Source: Patescibacteria group bacterium
GTDB lineage: Bacteria; Patescibacteriota; Minisyncoccia; 2-02-FULL-40-12; GWA2-44-9
Reading direction: 5' to 3'
Assembly (NCBI GenBank): GCA_038064515.1
Contig: JBBTSY010000005.1
Coordinates: forward strand, 50,093 to 114,092
Length of the DNA: 64,000 nt
Under the pieces are notes generated by a model. It ran no database searches and was not told where the DNA came from. It saw only the letters and a program-made list of their open reading frames with translations. Both the position numbers and the translations under genes were made by a program. Positions within the stretch are counted from its first letter, which is position 1. Every line of letters starts with the position of its first letter. Positions 19,058 to 29,107 of this stretch are shown one piece after another.

Positions 19058-22000
19058 CTACAAGGTTGGCTCTGTTGATATTTCTGGGGTTGGTTCTGAA
19101 CTTATCGAAGGAATTGGAGTGATTTCTGGTGTTACACTAATACTCGGTTCAGGAGTTGATTCCGCAACTGGTTCTAGCGTTGGTTCTACTGAAGGTTCTG
19201 GCGTGACTGATGGCGCTGGAGTTGATTCCTGGGTTGATTCAGGAGTCGGTTCTAGCGAAAACTCAGGTGTTGCCGAAGGTGTTGCAGACGGCGCGATAGC
19301 ATCTATCGCTGTGCCCTCCGTAGCTTCTAGCGAAGGACGGGGCGAGAATACCGTCTTAGCGTCTTTGATTGCCAAAGCAATCCAACTGAATTGGATATCA
19401 AACGGTGCAGGTTTGTTGAGTTTCACCGTAAATCCTTTAACATTCTTGTTGGTTACAATGTATCTGATGTCGCTATCAAACAGCAACTGCTCGTCTGCTT
19501 CGCTGGCTGAAGCGGTATTTAAAGATATGGTCGTATTCACAACCGGCTGGTTCAAGTATTCCCTCTCAAATGAAACACTAGCATACGTCGCGCCTTTGGA
19601 AACCACCAAAAATCCTCCGGTATCATTATTGAAGTACGGCCGGCCAAAGAATTCAACATCGCTGTTGAACAGCACCAGGTTGCCTTCAGAACCGATGCGG
19701 TCCACCGTTAAGCCACCGTTGAACACTGCCGAACCCTCAACGCTCAAACCGGCATTAAGAGCAATGTCTTCCCTCGGATTCCACGAGTTGCTGGCCAGAG
19801 CCATTAACTGCTCACCGGTCAAGGCCATCTGGCTGTTGAGCGCATACACGCTATTGGCTAACACGGCTAGCTGATTATCCATTAGCTCTAAAGCTGGGCT
19901 ATCGATCTCGTCAGCAACGATTTTCAAGGCTCTCAATTCATTCAAGTAAGCCAAGCCGACAATACTCAAATTATTTGCCGAAATCCTAGAGGCGATGATT
20001 TCTTTATTAGCAACTATCAGGTCAGTCACGACCTGCGAAGGGATTTCCTGATCCGGATCCTGCTTCAATAGCGCGGTCAGTATGGACTGCGTATCGCCCA
20101 AATCAGACATAAGGCCGGAATTTTCTATTCTGCCGCTGTAGTAGGTGTTATTGATGAATAACAATATGGTACCGATGTTTTTTTGGTCGTTGTAATTTTC
20201 AAGTGCTTGCCCGATAACCCGGCCAGCTTTCGATGCGCGCATGGCTACACCGGGTCGGGTGGCTGAATTAGTAAGATAGTCCCCCACCTTAATTGGACCA
20301 TTCTCGGTAGACACTTTCACGGGCACACGGCCAGCTAAAGCAATTGGCACATGCCCAGGTGGCAAATGTTCCAAGGCCTCAGCACCATAAGCAAATTTTG
20401 TACCAGTAATCAGGGCCGCTGGGTTGGTTGACACTACACCTAAGGGTAGCGAACCAGGCACGGCTCTATTTACATATTGAGAACTAGCCAAATCTGCCGA
20501 AACAATCTCACCGGCAGTAAGCGTTGAATCGGATGTCGGAAACGCTTCGGCATAGTCAACACATCCCGGATTTGGAGCACTTACACCGGTACATAGAGCC
20601 GATCCGCCAGCATGTGAGTTAATGCTTCCGCGAATACCCAGCCGTCCGGCATTACTCATAGAAGCCAAGGTCAAACTGTTAGAATCCTGAACCCAGAGAA
20701 CACCGTGAGGAAGCTGCCTTGATGATGAAGCTAAAACCGTAATGGTTAGGGCGCTATTGCCAGCTGCAAATTCTGATACATTGGAATTAATATCCAGACC
20801 GGGATTAGAAGCCGAGGCAGTAGTATCAACCTGCAAAATATCATCATCTCCGCCAGCATCCTGAATCGTAAATGCTCTAGCGCTATTGCGGAAAATATTG
20901 AAGTCACCTACAGATGCTGATGCATTAGTGGTAAAGGCAACCTTTCCGTCATCAGTAATAGTAAACACCGTAGTACCGGCGTCTTGGATTATAAAATCTC
21001 CGGTCCCCTTAAGGTTTAAATTAAAGTCCAAACCATTTATTGAAATTGAAGCAAAGCCACTAAGTTCCAAACCGGTCAGTTGGGTCGAGGCAGCCGTAAA
21101 TTTCCAGAAACCGGTAATTGTTTCATTGAAAGCACGTGAAGCAGGGCCATTGGTCCAATCTAACCTGACAAATCCTTCAGAAGCAGTATTAGATATATTA
21201 AAGTGATTTGCTTCGAAGGAAATGCTGGTAATTTTTACTTGGGAACCACCGATTAAACCAAAGTCGAGGCCTGAGAATGATGAACCGCCACCAGTGTCAT
21301 CAGTCAGACAAGAGAATTTACCAGTAGTCGAGTTCCAGTTTAAAGTTTGAGTTTCAGTATTACAGTTGGAGCCAATGCTAGAGAAGGCAGAGCCAAACAA
21401 GGCTGAGACTGAGGCGTTACCGACTACTTCAAAGTTAGCGCTAGAAGAAGCTCCCAGGGTGAATGTCTGGAGTTGGGTCCAGGTATTGGCTAGAGATCTT
21501 GAGGCCGGGGCACCAGCATTAGACCAATCTAGGTCAATGACTGATTCGGAAGCAGTGTTGGAAAGAAGGAAGATATTAGATTCAAAGGAAAGCGACCCAA
21601 TATGGCTGAATGTCCCTCCAGTCTCACGGACTGAGATGCCTTTAGGACTGGAGCTGCCGCCACTGTTTTGATCAGCTTCACAATTGAACTTACGGTTAGT
21701 TAGATCATAGGTGACTTTGTTAGCGGTGCCATCACAATCAGAGAAGGTGCCGCCATCAGTGTCTTGGAGATAGAATTGAGAGATAGAGGCATAACCGACG
21801 ACTTCAAAGTTAGATGATGTTGAAGCATTGGTGAAAGTAGCCAGGCCGGTCACACCGAGGGTGGAAGAGAGCGTTGTAGCCCCAGTTACGCCAATAGTAG
21901 AGCCAAATGTCGTCGCTCCGGAGATAGAAGCTGTACCCCCCACTTCTAAGTTGGTGTTAGTCGTACCGCCAGCATTGATACCTAAGCGGGTGTTGCCAGT

Positions 22001-25000
22001 TAATTCAAAGTTAGTAGAGACGGAAACACCGCCATTGAAGGTAGCTAAGCCAGTATTGGTGAAGGTCAGAGCAGCAGTAACGGGACCATTTAAGGCAATG
22101 GCGCCTGTGCCAGTGGTAAAGGTGGAAGCACCAGCTTGGGTAAAGTTACCAGATATGGAGGCAGCACCGCCCACTTCCAGGGAGGTGTCAGTGCTGCCAC
22201 CGGGATTGATGCCTAAACGGAAGTTACCGGTTAATTCAAGGTTTGCCCCGACTGACGCTCCTGCAGAGAATGTTTGTAGTCCAGTGAAGGTGTTGGCTCC
22301 TAAGATGGCTAAGGTACCCGCGGTGGGTAGCGTCACCGATGTGACGCCGCTCACCGTTAATGTGGTAGCAAAGTTGCCCGATATGGTTAGGGTAGAAGCA
22401 GCATTGTTGGCTACACCCGTGCCACCGAAAGCAGGAGTAATAACGCTGCCGTTCCAGGTGCCGGTCGTAATAACACCGGTATTAGGAGTGATAACGAGGC
22501 CATTGTAGCCTGTAGCACCTGTGACAGCGCCACTCAAGGTAACAGCGCCAGAAATGGAAGCCGTACCTCCGATTTCAAGAGTCTGGTTGGTATTAATTAC
22601 GTTGATGCCTAACCTGGTATTGCCAGTTAATTCAAAGTTGGTGGAGACGGAAACACCGCCGGAGAAGGTAGCGAGGCCGTTTGCGGTGAGTCCTGATGTA
22701 GCAGTAATGAGTCCCGAGATCGTCGGTGTTGCCGTCCAAGATGTGGGCGAAATAGTAAGTCCGGAACCTGCAATGGTCGTTCCCGTTGACGCATTACCGA
22801 AGGTAATTGCGCTGTCTCCGGAATAAACTGTCGCTTTCACCGTGCCACCAGCCGCCTCAAACGTGCCTGAAACAGATGCTCTGCCAGTAAGGGAGATGAG
22901 GCCATTGGTCGCATCGAAGGTAATTCTGTTGGCCTGGCCAGAATCCCTGATGTCATTGCCGGATACCTCGATATCGTCGTTGAAGTCGACGAAACCGGTG
23001 GCCAGGTTGAGGCGAGAGGCGCCTGTGGAGTCCTGGATATCATTGCCATTGATGCGAATGTCATCGGAGATAGAGGCTAGGCCTACTACTTCTAAGGCTA
23101 CGGAGAGATTTGATGTGTTCACGCCGATACCGGTGGTGTTGACGAAGAAGTCAGAGGTACCTACTTCGAAGTTCGAAGAGACAGAAGCATTAGCAAGGGT
23201 GGTTTGGCCCGTAACATCGAGGGTAGATGAGAGGGTTGTAGCCCCAGAAACGCCAAGTGTAGAGCCAAATGTCGCCACTCCTGAGATACTCGCAGTGCCG
23301 CCGACTTCTAACCGAGCACTCGTGATTGGGCCCGCATTGATGCCCAAGTTGCCGGTAGTGATCTCAAAGCCGGTGGAAGAAGAAGCACCGCCGGAGAAGG
23401 TGGCAAGACCGGTGGTAGTGAGCGTAGAAGCAAAGGTTGCGTCATCTTGCACATCCAAGGTGCCGGCTGAGTTCAGGGTGAGGTTTCCGCTCGTGGTGCC
23501 GATGGTGGTGGTGTCCAGCGTGATGTTGTCAAAGGTGAATAGGCCGGCATCCGTGATGGTGAGGTAAGTCGTGCCGCCACGCTTCACAATGAAGTCTCCG
23601 GTGGAGTCCAGATCAACCAATAGGCCAGTCGCACCGCCGGAAAGCGATGCCCCAGAGCGGAATTCCCAAAGGGAGGTGATGGTTTCTGCCGCATTGACAT
23701 GCGCAACATTCACCGAAAGCGCCGCATCGTTCACGCTTCCTCCAGAACCTACGGTTAAAGTATCCGAAACCTCGTCATCAGCCCACGGGTTGGCGATGTT
23801 TACCCAGTTGCCCGCAATAGTTTCAGCTTCGGAGAGCGATGCGGGTCCTGCGGCTCCCCAATCTAATCGGACCAGTGCTTCTGTTCCCGAAAAGGAAACG
23901 GCAAATGAACCGCCTTCAAAGGATACGGAAGAAACATTCGTGCCGCTTCCGCTGAATCCCTCGCGTACCTCAATTAAGGCCCCGCCCCCTCCTCCTGCGT
24001 CGTCATCCGTACATGAGAAAAGCCCAGTTTCTCCGCTCCAATTCAATGCTTTGTTGCCGGCACCTGCATCGCAGTCAGTGAGGCCTGCACCGAATAATGC
24101 GGAGACAGATGCTGTGCCAATCTCAAGGGCATTGGCAAACTGGCCAGATGCCGCAGTGAATCTCCAGAGACCGGTAATCTGCTCATTAGCTGCCCGTGAC
24201 GCGGGACCGTTGGTCCAGTCAAGGCGCACAATCGATTCAGTTGAACCTGAAGCAGCCAGCGTAAACATATTACCTTCAAAATTGAGCGTTGTTGCTGCGG
24301 CGAGATTCTGGGTGCCTCCTTCTTCGGTTTTAACGCCTGATCCTCCGCCGCCCCCATCTGCCAGACATGAGAACCGTCCCGTTGACGAGCTCCAATTCAG
24401 AGTTTGGGATTCATCACTGCAATTGGTAAGCCCCGCGCCGAAGAGAGAAGAAGCAGAGGCATAGCCGACCACTTCAAAGTTCAACGATGCAGTAGCGTTG
24501 TTTGATATGAGGATACGACCAGAATCAACGGCCAAGGTGCCGAATTTGCCCGTAGTGGCTTCAAAGAATGATCCGGAGGCGTTCACCAGCGAGAGGTTAT
24601 CCGCAAGCGTCAAGGTTGGGTTTCCGCTCACCCCATTGCCGTTGGAAACATCAATTTTGTTCGTCGTGCCGGTGATTGTCCGGGCGGCGAATGAATTAGA
24701 TCCTGTAACCGTGAGGAGGCCATTCGATCCGCCAGTTCCCGCAAGTGCGGTTAAGGTAGCATCTAATGGCTGAAGTCCGGATACATTAAGCGTATTCGTA
24801 GACCATGAGAGGTTCGTGCCTGCAGTAATTCTCGTTGAAGGCGTATCTCTGAATAATTCCCACGCTGTCTGCGACGCGGTCAGTGGCATAGTAAACCCCG
24901 TATCAGCACCGAATGTATTGCCTGACCATGCAAAACCAGTTCCTGCTGTGATGCGCGTACTTGGAATATCGCGGAATGTTTCCCAGTTGCTTGTTGATGC

Positions 25001-28000
25001 GGTGAGAGGAATGTTAAATCCAGCCATAAGCGTGATGGCATCTCCGGAAAGCGCTAGGCCGGTAGCCGTTACGCTAAGATTCGTCATGCCAGAAATATTC
25101 ACTGAAGCGCATGTAAGGGTATCCCCAATCGTTGTGACGAACTGGTTAGTGCATCCGGTTGGATAGTTCTGCAATCCGGTCCAATTAATAGTGATGGCAT
25201 CAGCAATGGATGCATCGGTGAGAGGCGTACCAAGAGTCAATATTGAGATTGACGCAGTCCCGATTTCAAGCGTATTCGTAAATTGGTTCGATGCGGCAGT
25301 GAATCGCCATGCTCCTGCAATAGTTTGATCAGCCGACCGTGAAGCAGGTCCACCTGAACCCCAATCAAGATTGATTCGCGCTTCGATGGATCCCGAAGCA
25401 GCGAGTGTGAATTTTCCGCCGTCAAAATTTAATATCGTTGTCGTGGAAAGTATCTGCGCACCGCTTTCCTCAGTCTTAAACTCCGCTCCGCCCGCTCCGC
25501 CCGCATCAGCTCCGCATGAGAATCTTCCCGTGGTCGAATTCCATAGAAGATTCTGCGATTCGGCACTGCAATCAGTTGCGGGAAACGCGGAACCAAAGAG
25601 CGCCGACACTGATGCATTATTACGGAACTCCCATGCTCCCGTCACCGTTTCATTGAGCGAGAGTGACGCGCCACCGCCACTGATGGTCGTCCATGTAAGA
25701 ACACCGTTTCCGTCAGTCGACAAAGCTTGATTTGCCGTGCCATCGGCTCCTGGCCATGTATAGCTTACGTTTCCAAGCTTCAGCGCCGCGGGCAACTCCA
25801 GCACGCCGGACGTCGCGGTGATTGCATTTCCATCAATTCGAACGTTATCGACAGTAAGTACCGAACTGCTTAGCCCTACTTGATGGTTATTGCCGGTATA
25901 CTGCAATGGAAACGGAACCCTCTGCTGTAACGACAAGAGCGATCCTTTGATCGCATCGAGTTCTTCTCGGACGCTGTTGGACACAGGAGGAGCGTTTACC
26001 GTAATTGCACTTCCTACATAGCGCCTTATGAGAGTATTTAATTCATTGATCTGACGCTGGGAGAATGTTGCGGATGCCGATGGCGTCGGAGTGCCCGCCG
26101 GAGAAGGAGTGGGTGTCGGCCGACGCCGCCCGAGAGGGAACAGCCGCGGGAGTGCCGCAGTGGTCTGGTTGGATGCTCGCAGGATCGAAGGAGACTTTAT
26201 TGAAGCGATTGGTGCTGGAGCTTTTGATTTTCGAAAAGATGCGAAAAGTGTCGAAAGCGAAGCTTGCTGGGACCAAAAGGTCCGATGGGAAGCATACGTT
26301 TGGTCTGCCAGCGTACCGACCTTTCCTTGGACGATATTCCTGAATGATAGTGCTAAGCGGCCAAAGCCCAACGAGAATTGCTGGGTCTGGGATGGAAGAA
26401 CGGGCCGCGCCAAGGGAGCTGTCTTAAAATGCGTAATGCCTTCGTTCAAAGATCTCCATCCCTCTTCTGCTACTGATTCAAATCCTTGAACCTGCGGACC
26501 CGCAAGAGTTCTTTTGCCAAATGAGTGCGGATCCTTGATGGCGATGCGGGTTTTAGTGGTTCCTCGGTTTGTCCATGCGGTATGAATCTGCCATGCGGTT
26601 CCCCCTAATCCCCGATCAACGGCTTTGACCAGAATGGCCATGCCGCGGTCGATGGGGTTGAGGAAGTAGCCGTTGAATGCTTCAAGCTGTGCGAGAAGCG
26701 AGCCCCGCTCCTTAACCGGCAAAGGCAGAGTCATATCTGGCGTTTTTACTACATACGAGAGAATTCCCAGCTGTTCAGATGCACGGAGAATAGGGGGAGG
26801 AATTGCTGCTGGCCGTGCCGGAGTTCGACGAGGTATAGCAGCGATACCAGCGGTTTTCGATTGCTGTTGGAGAAAAATTTTATGGGCCACATACGTATTA
26901 TCAGCAATAGAACCGATGCGATGAACCAATATATCAGTCGCCCATCCAAGCAGATTTTCAACGGGATTATCTACATTGAGAGAGAATGAGACCTGGCTCG
27001 GCTCTCGGCGCGGCATCTGAGGTCCAGACATGAATGCAATCTGGTTTTTTGCGATACCCTTTCGCATGCCGCCTTCAATATCTTTAACGGCGGTATGTGC
27101 AAAAGATTCAAAATCTCCAACACGAGGATACGCCAATTTTTCCTTTCCAAACATCTGCGGATCTTTGATAGCGATTGGGCGAGGATCGCGGTTTGGTATC
27201 CACGACAATACTTGAGGAATATAATTCGATCCCGTAGCAAGCTCTTGATCGACGGTGCGGACAAGAGCGCTCATCGCACGGTCGATGGGGTTGAGGAAGT
27301 AGCCGTTGAATCCTTCAAGCTGTGCGAGAAGCGGTTTCCATGTATATGCTTGAACCGTTGCACCTTTCGTCAGCGGCAAAGGAATCGGAATGTCCGCTTC
27401 TTGCACGAATGCCATCAGAGGTTCTGCAAATGCTTGTCTCGATCGCTCGAGATCATTTGAAAAATCAGAATGCTTTGCCGGAAGTAATTCAGGAACATGA
27501 GCATTCTGTTTGCTCACCTCGTGAGCGCTGGCACTCCAGAAAATGAAAAGGGCAAGGAGGATAAGCCCCAAACCACGTGGTGATGGTCTCAGGTTTATCC
27601 TACTTGCCCGAATTCGTTCGGCTATGTGGAAAAGAGCTAGTGAAGGAACTGTTATGGGCTTTCGAAGAAGGCCGTTCTCCGGAACCTCTTTAGAGATCTG
27701 GACACTTTCAAACGCGCGTACTCGTCGTTGGATCTCTGTCACTTTTTTATACGCTTCCAACGAACCGCGCGATACGAACCATCGCTTGTCTTCCCGTATG
27801 CTCCTCACCCGTCCTTGGCGCGCTAACCGTCCGATGTGATCAGCATCGTATCCGAACTCCTGCGCCAAGACTGAGGTAGCAGCATAGGTTTCTCCTCCAA
27901 CTTCTCGCACCGACGATTCACTCGTGGGACTCTTCTCGTCTTGGGCGAGCTGGGCGGAAGCGGCGGTTTGCTTTTTGATTGTATCTGATCCCTGCAAGGT

Positions 28001-28003
28001 CAC
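19058..28003 (-). CDS. Giant (2981 aa) surface/fibre protein: N-terminal HTH, TM, repeated fibre modules, C-terminal intramolecular-chaperone-like (peptidase G2 type) domain
   Basis: Uninterrupted 8.9-kb ORF. HTH-like LAQEFGYDADHIGRLARQGRV...WFVSR, TM LGLILLALFIFW, five Cys-pair repeats, DYAE...GVVSTNP...IALAGRVPVKV...IGQALE, P/E/S/T-rich tail. Confidence 0.85.
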   Translation of the reverse strand: MTLQGSDTIKKQTAASAQLAQDEKSPTSESSVREVGGETYAATSVLAQEFGYDADHIGRLARQGRVRSIREDKRWFVSRGSLEAYKKVTEIQRRVRAFESVQISKEVPENGLLRKPITVPSLALFHIAERIRASRINLRPSPRGLGLILLALFIFWSASAHEVSKQNAHVPELLPAKHSDFSNDLERSRQAFAEPLMAFVQEADIPIPLPLTKGATVQAYTWKPLLAQLEGFNGYFLNPIDRAMSALVRTVDQELATGSNYIPQVLSWIPNRDPRPIAIKDPQMFGKEKLAYPRVGDFESFAHTAVKDIEGGMRKGIAKNQIAFMSGPQMPRREPSQVSFSLNVDNPVENLLGWATDILVHRIGSIADNTYVAHKIFLQQQSKTAGIAAIPRRTPARPAAIPPPILRASEQLGILSYVVKTPDMTLPLPVKERGSLLAQLEAFNGYFLNPIDRGMAILVKAVDRGLGGTAWQIHTAWTNRGTTKTRIAIKDPHSFGKRTLAGPQVQGFESVAEEGWRSLNEGITHFKTAPLARPVLPSQTQQFSLGFGRLALSFRNIVQGKVGTLADQTYASHRTFWSQQASLSTLFASFRKSKAPAPIASIKSPSILRASNQTTAALPRLFPLGRRRPTPTPSPAGTPTPSASATFSQRQINELNTLIRRYVGSAITVNAPPVSNSVREELDAIKGSLLSLQQRVPFPLQYTGNNHQVGLSSSVLTVDNVRIDGNAITATSGVLELPAALKLGNVSYTWPGADGTANQALSTDGNGVLTWTTISGGGASLSLNETVTGAWEFRNNASVSALFGSAFPATDCSAESQNLLWNSTTGRFSCGADAGGAGGAEFKTEESGAQILSTTTILNFDGGKFTLAASGSIEARINLDWGSGGPASRSADQTIAGAWRFTAASNQFTNTLEIGTASISILTLGTPLTDASIADAITINWTGLQNYPTGCTNQFVTTIGDTLTCASVNISGMTNLSVTATGLALSGDAITLMAGFNIPLTASTSNWETFRDIPSTRITAGTGFAWSGNTFGADTGFTMPLTASQTAWELFRDTPSTRITAGTNLSWSTNTLNVSGLQPLDATLTALAGTGGSNGLLTVTGSNSFAARTITGTTNKIDVSNGNGVSGNPTLTLADNLSLVNASGSFFEATTGKFGTLAVDSGRILISNNATASLNFEVVGYASASSLFGAGLTNCSDESQTLNWSSSTGRFSCLADGGGGGSGVKTEEGGTQNLAAATTLNFEGNMFTLAASGSTESIVRLDWTNGPASRAANEQITGLWRFTAASGQFANALEIGTASVSALFGAGLTDCDAGAGNKALNWSGETGLFSCTDDDAGGGGGALIEVREGFSGSGTNVSSVSFEGGSFAVSFSGTEALVRLDWGAAGPASLSEAETIAGNWVNIANPWADDEVSDTLTVGSGGSVNDAALSVNVAHVNAAETITSLWEFRSGASLSGGATGLLVDLDSTGDFIVKRGGTTYLTITDAGLFTFDNITLDTTTIGTTSGNLTLNSAGTLDVQDDATFASTLTTTGLATFSGGASSSTGFEITTGNLGINAGPITSARLEVGGTASISGVATFGSTLGVSGATTLSSTLDVTGQTTLANASVSSNFEVGTSDFFVNTTGIGVNTSNLSVALEVVGLASISDDIRINGNDIQDSTGASRLNLATGFVDFNDDIEVSGNDIRDSGQANRITFDATNGLISLTGRASVSGTFEAAGGTVKATVYSGDSAITFGNASTGTTIAGSGLTISPTSWTATPTISGLITATSGLTANGLATFSGGVSVSTNFELTGNTRLGINVINTNQTLEIGGTASISGAVTLSGAVTGATGYNGLVITPNTGVITTGTWNGSVITPAFGGTGVANNAASTLTISGNFATTLTVSGVTSVTLPTAGTLAILGANTFTGLQTFSAGASVGANLELTGNFRLGINPGGSTDTSLEVGGAASISGNFTQAGASTFTTGTGAIALNGPVTAALTFTNTGLATFNGGVSVSTNFELTGNTRLGINAGGTTNTNLEVGGTASISGATTFGSTIGVTGATTLSSTLGVTGLATFTNASTSSNFEVVGYASISQFYLQDTDGGTFSDCDGTANKVTYDLTNRKFNCEADQNSGGSSSPKGISVRETGGTFSHIGSLSFESNIFLLSNTASESVIDLDWSNAGAPASRSLANTWTQLQTFTLGASSSANFEVVGNASVSALFGSAFSSIGSNCNTETQTLNWNSTTGKFSCLTDDTGGGSSFSGLDFGLIGGSQVKITSISFEANHFNISNTASEGFVRLDWTNGPASRAFNETITGFWKFTAASTQLTGLELSGFASISINGLDFNLNLKGTGDFIIQDAGTTVFTITDDGKVAFTTNASASVGDFNIFRNSARAFTIQDAGGDDDILQVDTTASASNPGLDINSNVSEFAAGNSALTITVLASSSRQLPHGVLWVQDSNSLTLASMSNAGRLGIRGSINSHAGGSALCTGVSAPNPGCVDYAEAFPTSDSTLTAGEIVSADLASSQYVNRAVPGSLPLGVVSTNPAALITGTKFAYGAEALEHLPPGHVPIALAGRVPVKVSTENGPIKVGDYLTNSATRPGVAMRASKAGRVIGQALENYNDQKNIGTILLFINNTYYSGRIENSGLMSDLGDTQSILTALLKQDPDQEIPSQVVTDLIVANKEIIASRISANNLSIVGLAYLNELRALKIVADEIDSPALELMDNQLAVLANSVYALNSQMALTGEQLMALASNSWNPREDIALNAGLSVEGSAVFNGGLTVDRIGSEGNLVLFNSDVEFFGRPYFNNDTGGFLVVSKGATYASVSFEREYLNQPVVNTTISLNTASASEADEQLLFDSDIRYIVTNKNVKGFTVKLNKPAPFDIQFSWIALAIKDAKTVFSPRPSLEATEGTAIDAIAPSATPSATPEFSLEPTPESTQESTPAPSVTPEPSVEPTLEPVAESTPEPSISVTPEITPIPSISSEPTPEISTEPTL

Positions 28004-28297
28004 CGTGATGACCCTTCAAAAGCTTTCCTAATAGCCGACAACCGACATATCCAATGTTTTCAAAGAATGTCGGACCGAACAAGTACATTATCCCCCATAT
28101 TCGAGAGAGCGTCAAAGAACAGCTGTTGATAATTAAAGAATCTTCTTCTTTAAAAAAGAGTGAGGCGTGTCTTTAAGAAAAAAGGAGGACTCGAAGTCCG
28201 ACATTCTTAGCAATGACGCCATTTGTTGCCGGTCGGCTAAGATTGTAAAAGGTTACTATTTTTTTGAAGAAACCTTACAAAAGCTAAATAGTTTCCC

Positions 28298-29107
28298 CTA
28301 TTCGAGCCCAAAGAGCGTTTGAGCCGTTTTTGAGGTCACGGCGATGACATCTTCATCGGAAATGTTGCGCAGGACTCCTATTTGTTTAATCACCTCAACA
28401 ATATATGCAGGCTCATTGCGCTTGCCACGGTGTGGTTCAGGCGCGAGATATGGCGAATCGGTTTCTATTAGAATTTTTTCTAACGGAATCTTCTGAACTG
28501 TCGCATCGTACTGCCGAGTAAAGGTAATAATGCCATTGAGACCAATGCAAAAACCAAGCTCAATGTACTTTTTTGCATCGTCGTATGTTCCCGTAAAACT
28601 ATGGATGACACCGCCAAGCAATTGATGCGCACGAGATTTCAGAATCTCCTGCATATCCCGGTGCGCGCTCGCTTCGCTTGCGCTTTGACCAGCCTTGAGT
28701 CTAGGCGGACGAAGTGGGTCGCGGCAATGGATAATCACTGGTTTCTGTGTTTGCTCTGCGAGCTCAAGTTGTTGTAAAAATCGCTCACGTTGAAATTTTT
28801 TCTTCTCCTCATCAACCGTACGATAGTAATCCAACCCAATTTCTCCGATCGCGATCACTTTTGGATGTTGCGCGAGTGATTTATACTGTGACTGATCATA
28901 CACTTCTCCCAAATTGTCATTAGGGTGAAGCCCAATGGATGCCCATATGTCATTATGCAGCTCCGCGAGTGCAATTGCTTTTTGAGACATTTTAAAATCA
29001 GTCCCAACACAAATCATGCTCACGTTATTTTCGCGAGCACGTTTGATGATTTCGTTTCGATCGACATCATACTGTCGATCCTGGATATGGCAATGGGTGT
29101 CGATCAT
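28298..29107 (-). CDS. tatD: TatD-family DNase
   Basis: IDTHCH, GLHP, AIGEIGLDY, IHCR, HSFTG, ETDSPYLAP, RNEP. Confidence 0.95.
   Translation of the reverse strand: MIDTHCHIQDRQYDVDRNEIIKRARENNVSMICVGTDFKMSQKAIALAELHNDIWASIGLHPNDNLGEVYDQSQYKSLAQHPKVIAIGEIGLDYYRTVDEEKKKFQRERFLQQLELAEQTQKPVIIHCRDPLRPPRLKAGQSASEASAHRDMQEILKSRAHQLLGGVIHSFTGTYDDAKKYIELGFCIGLNGIITFTRQYDATVQKIPLEKILIETDSPYLAPEPHRGKRNEPAYIVEVIKQIGVLRNISDEDVIAVTSKTAQTLFGLE

Noticed and set aside
18960-27839. Many long plus-strand ORFs (up to ~300 aa) opposite the giant gene
   Set aside because: Antisense shadows of a repetitive Gly/Ser/Thr/Ala-rich frame; no motifs or initiation signals.
17993-28003. Prophage tail module
   Set aside because: Fibre-like and Gly-rich domains are present, but there is no capsid, terminase, portal or integrase, and the proteins have signal or TM anchors.
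28004-28297. Replication origin in the AT-rich gap
   Set aside because: Only one DnaA-box-like 9-mer and no dnaA/dnaN nearby. Better explained as a promoter region.
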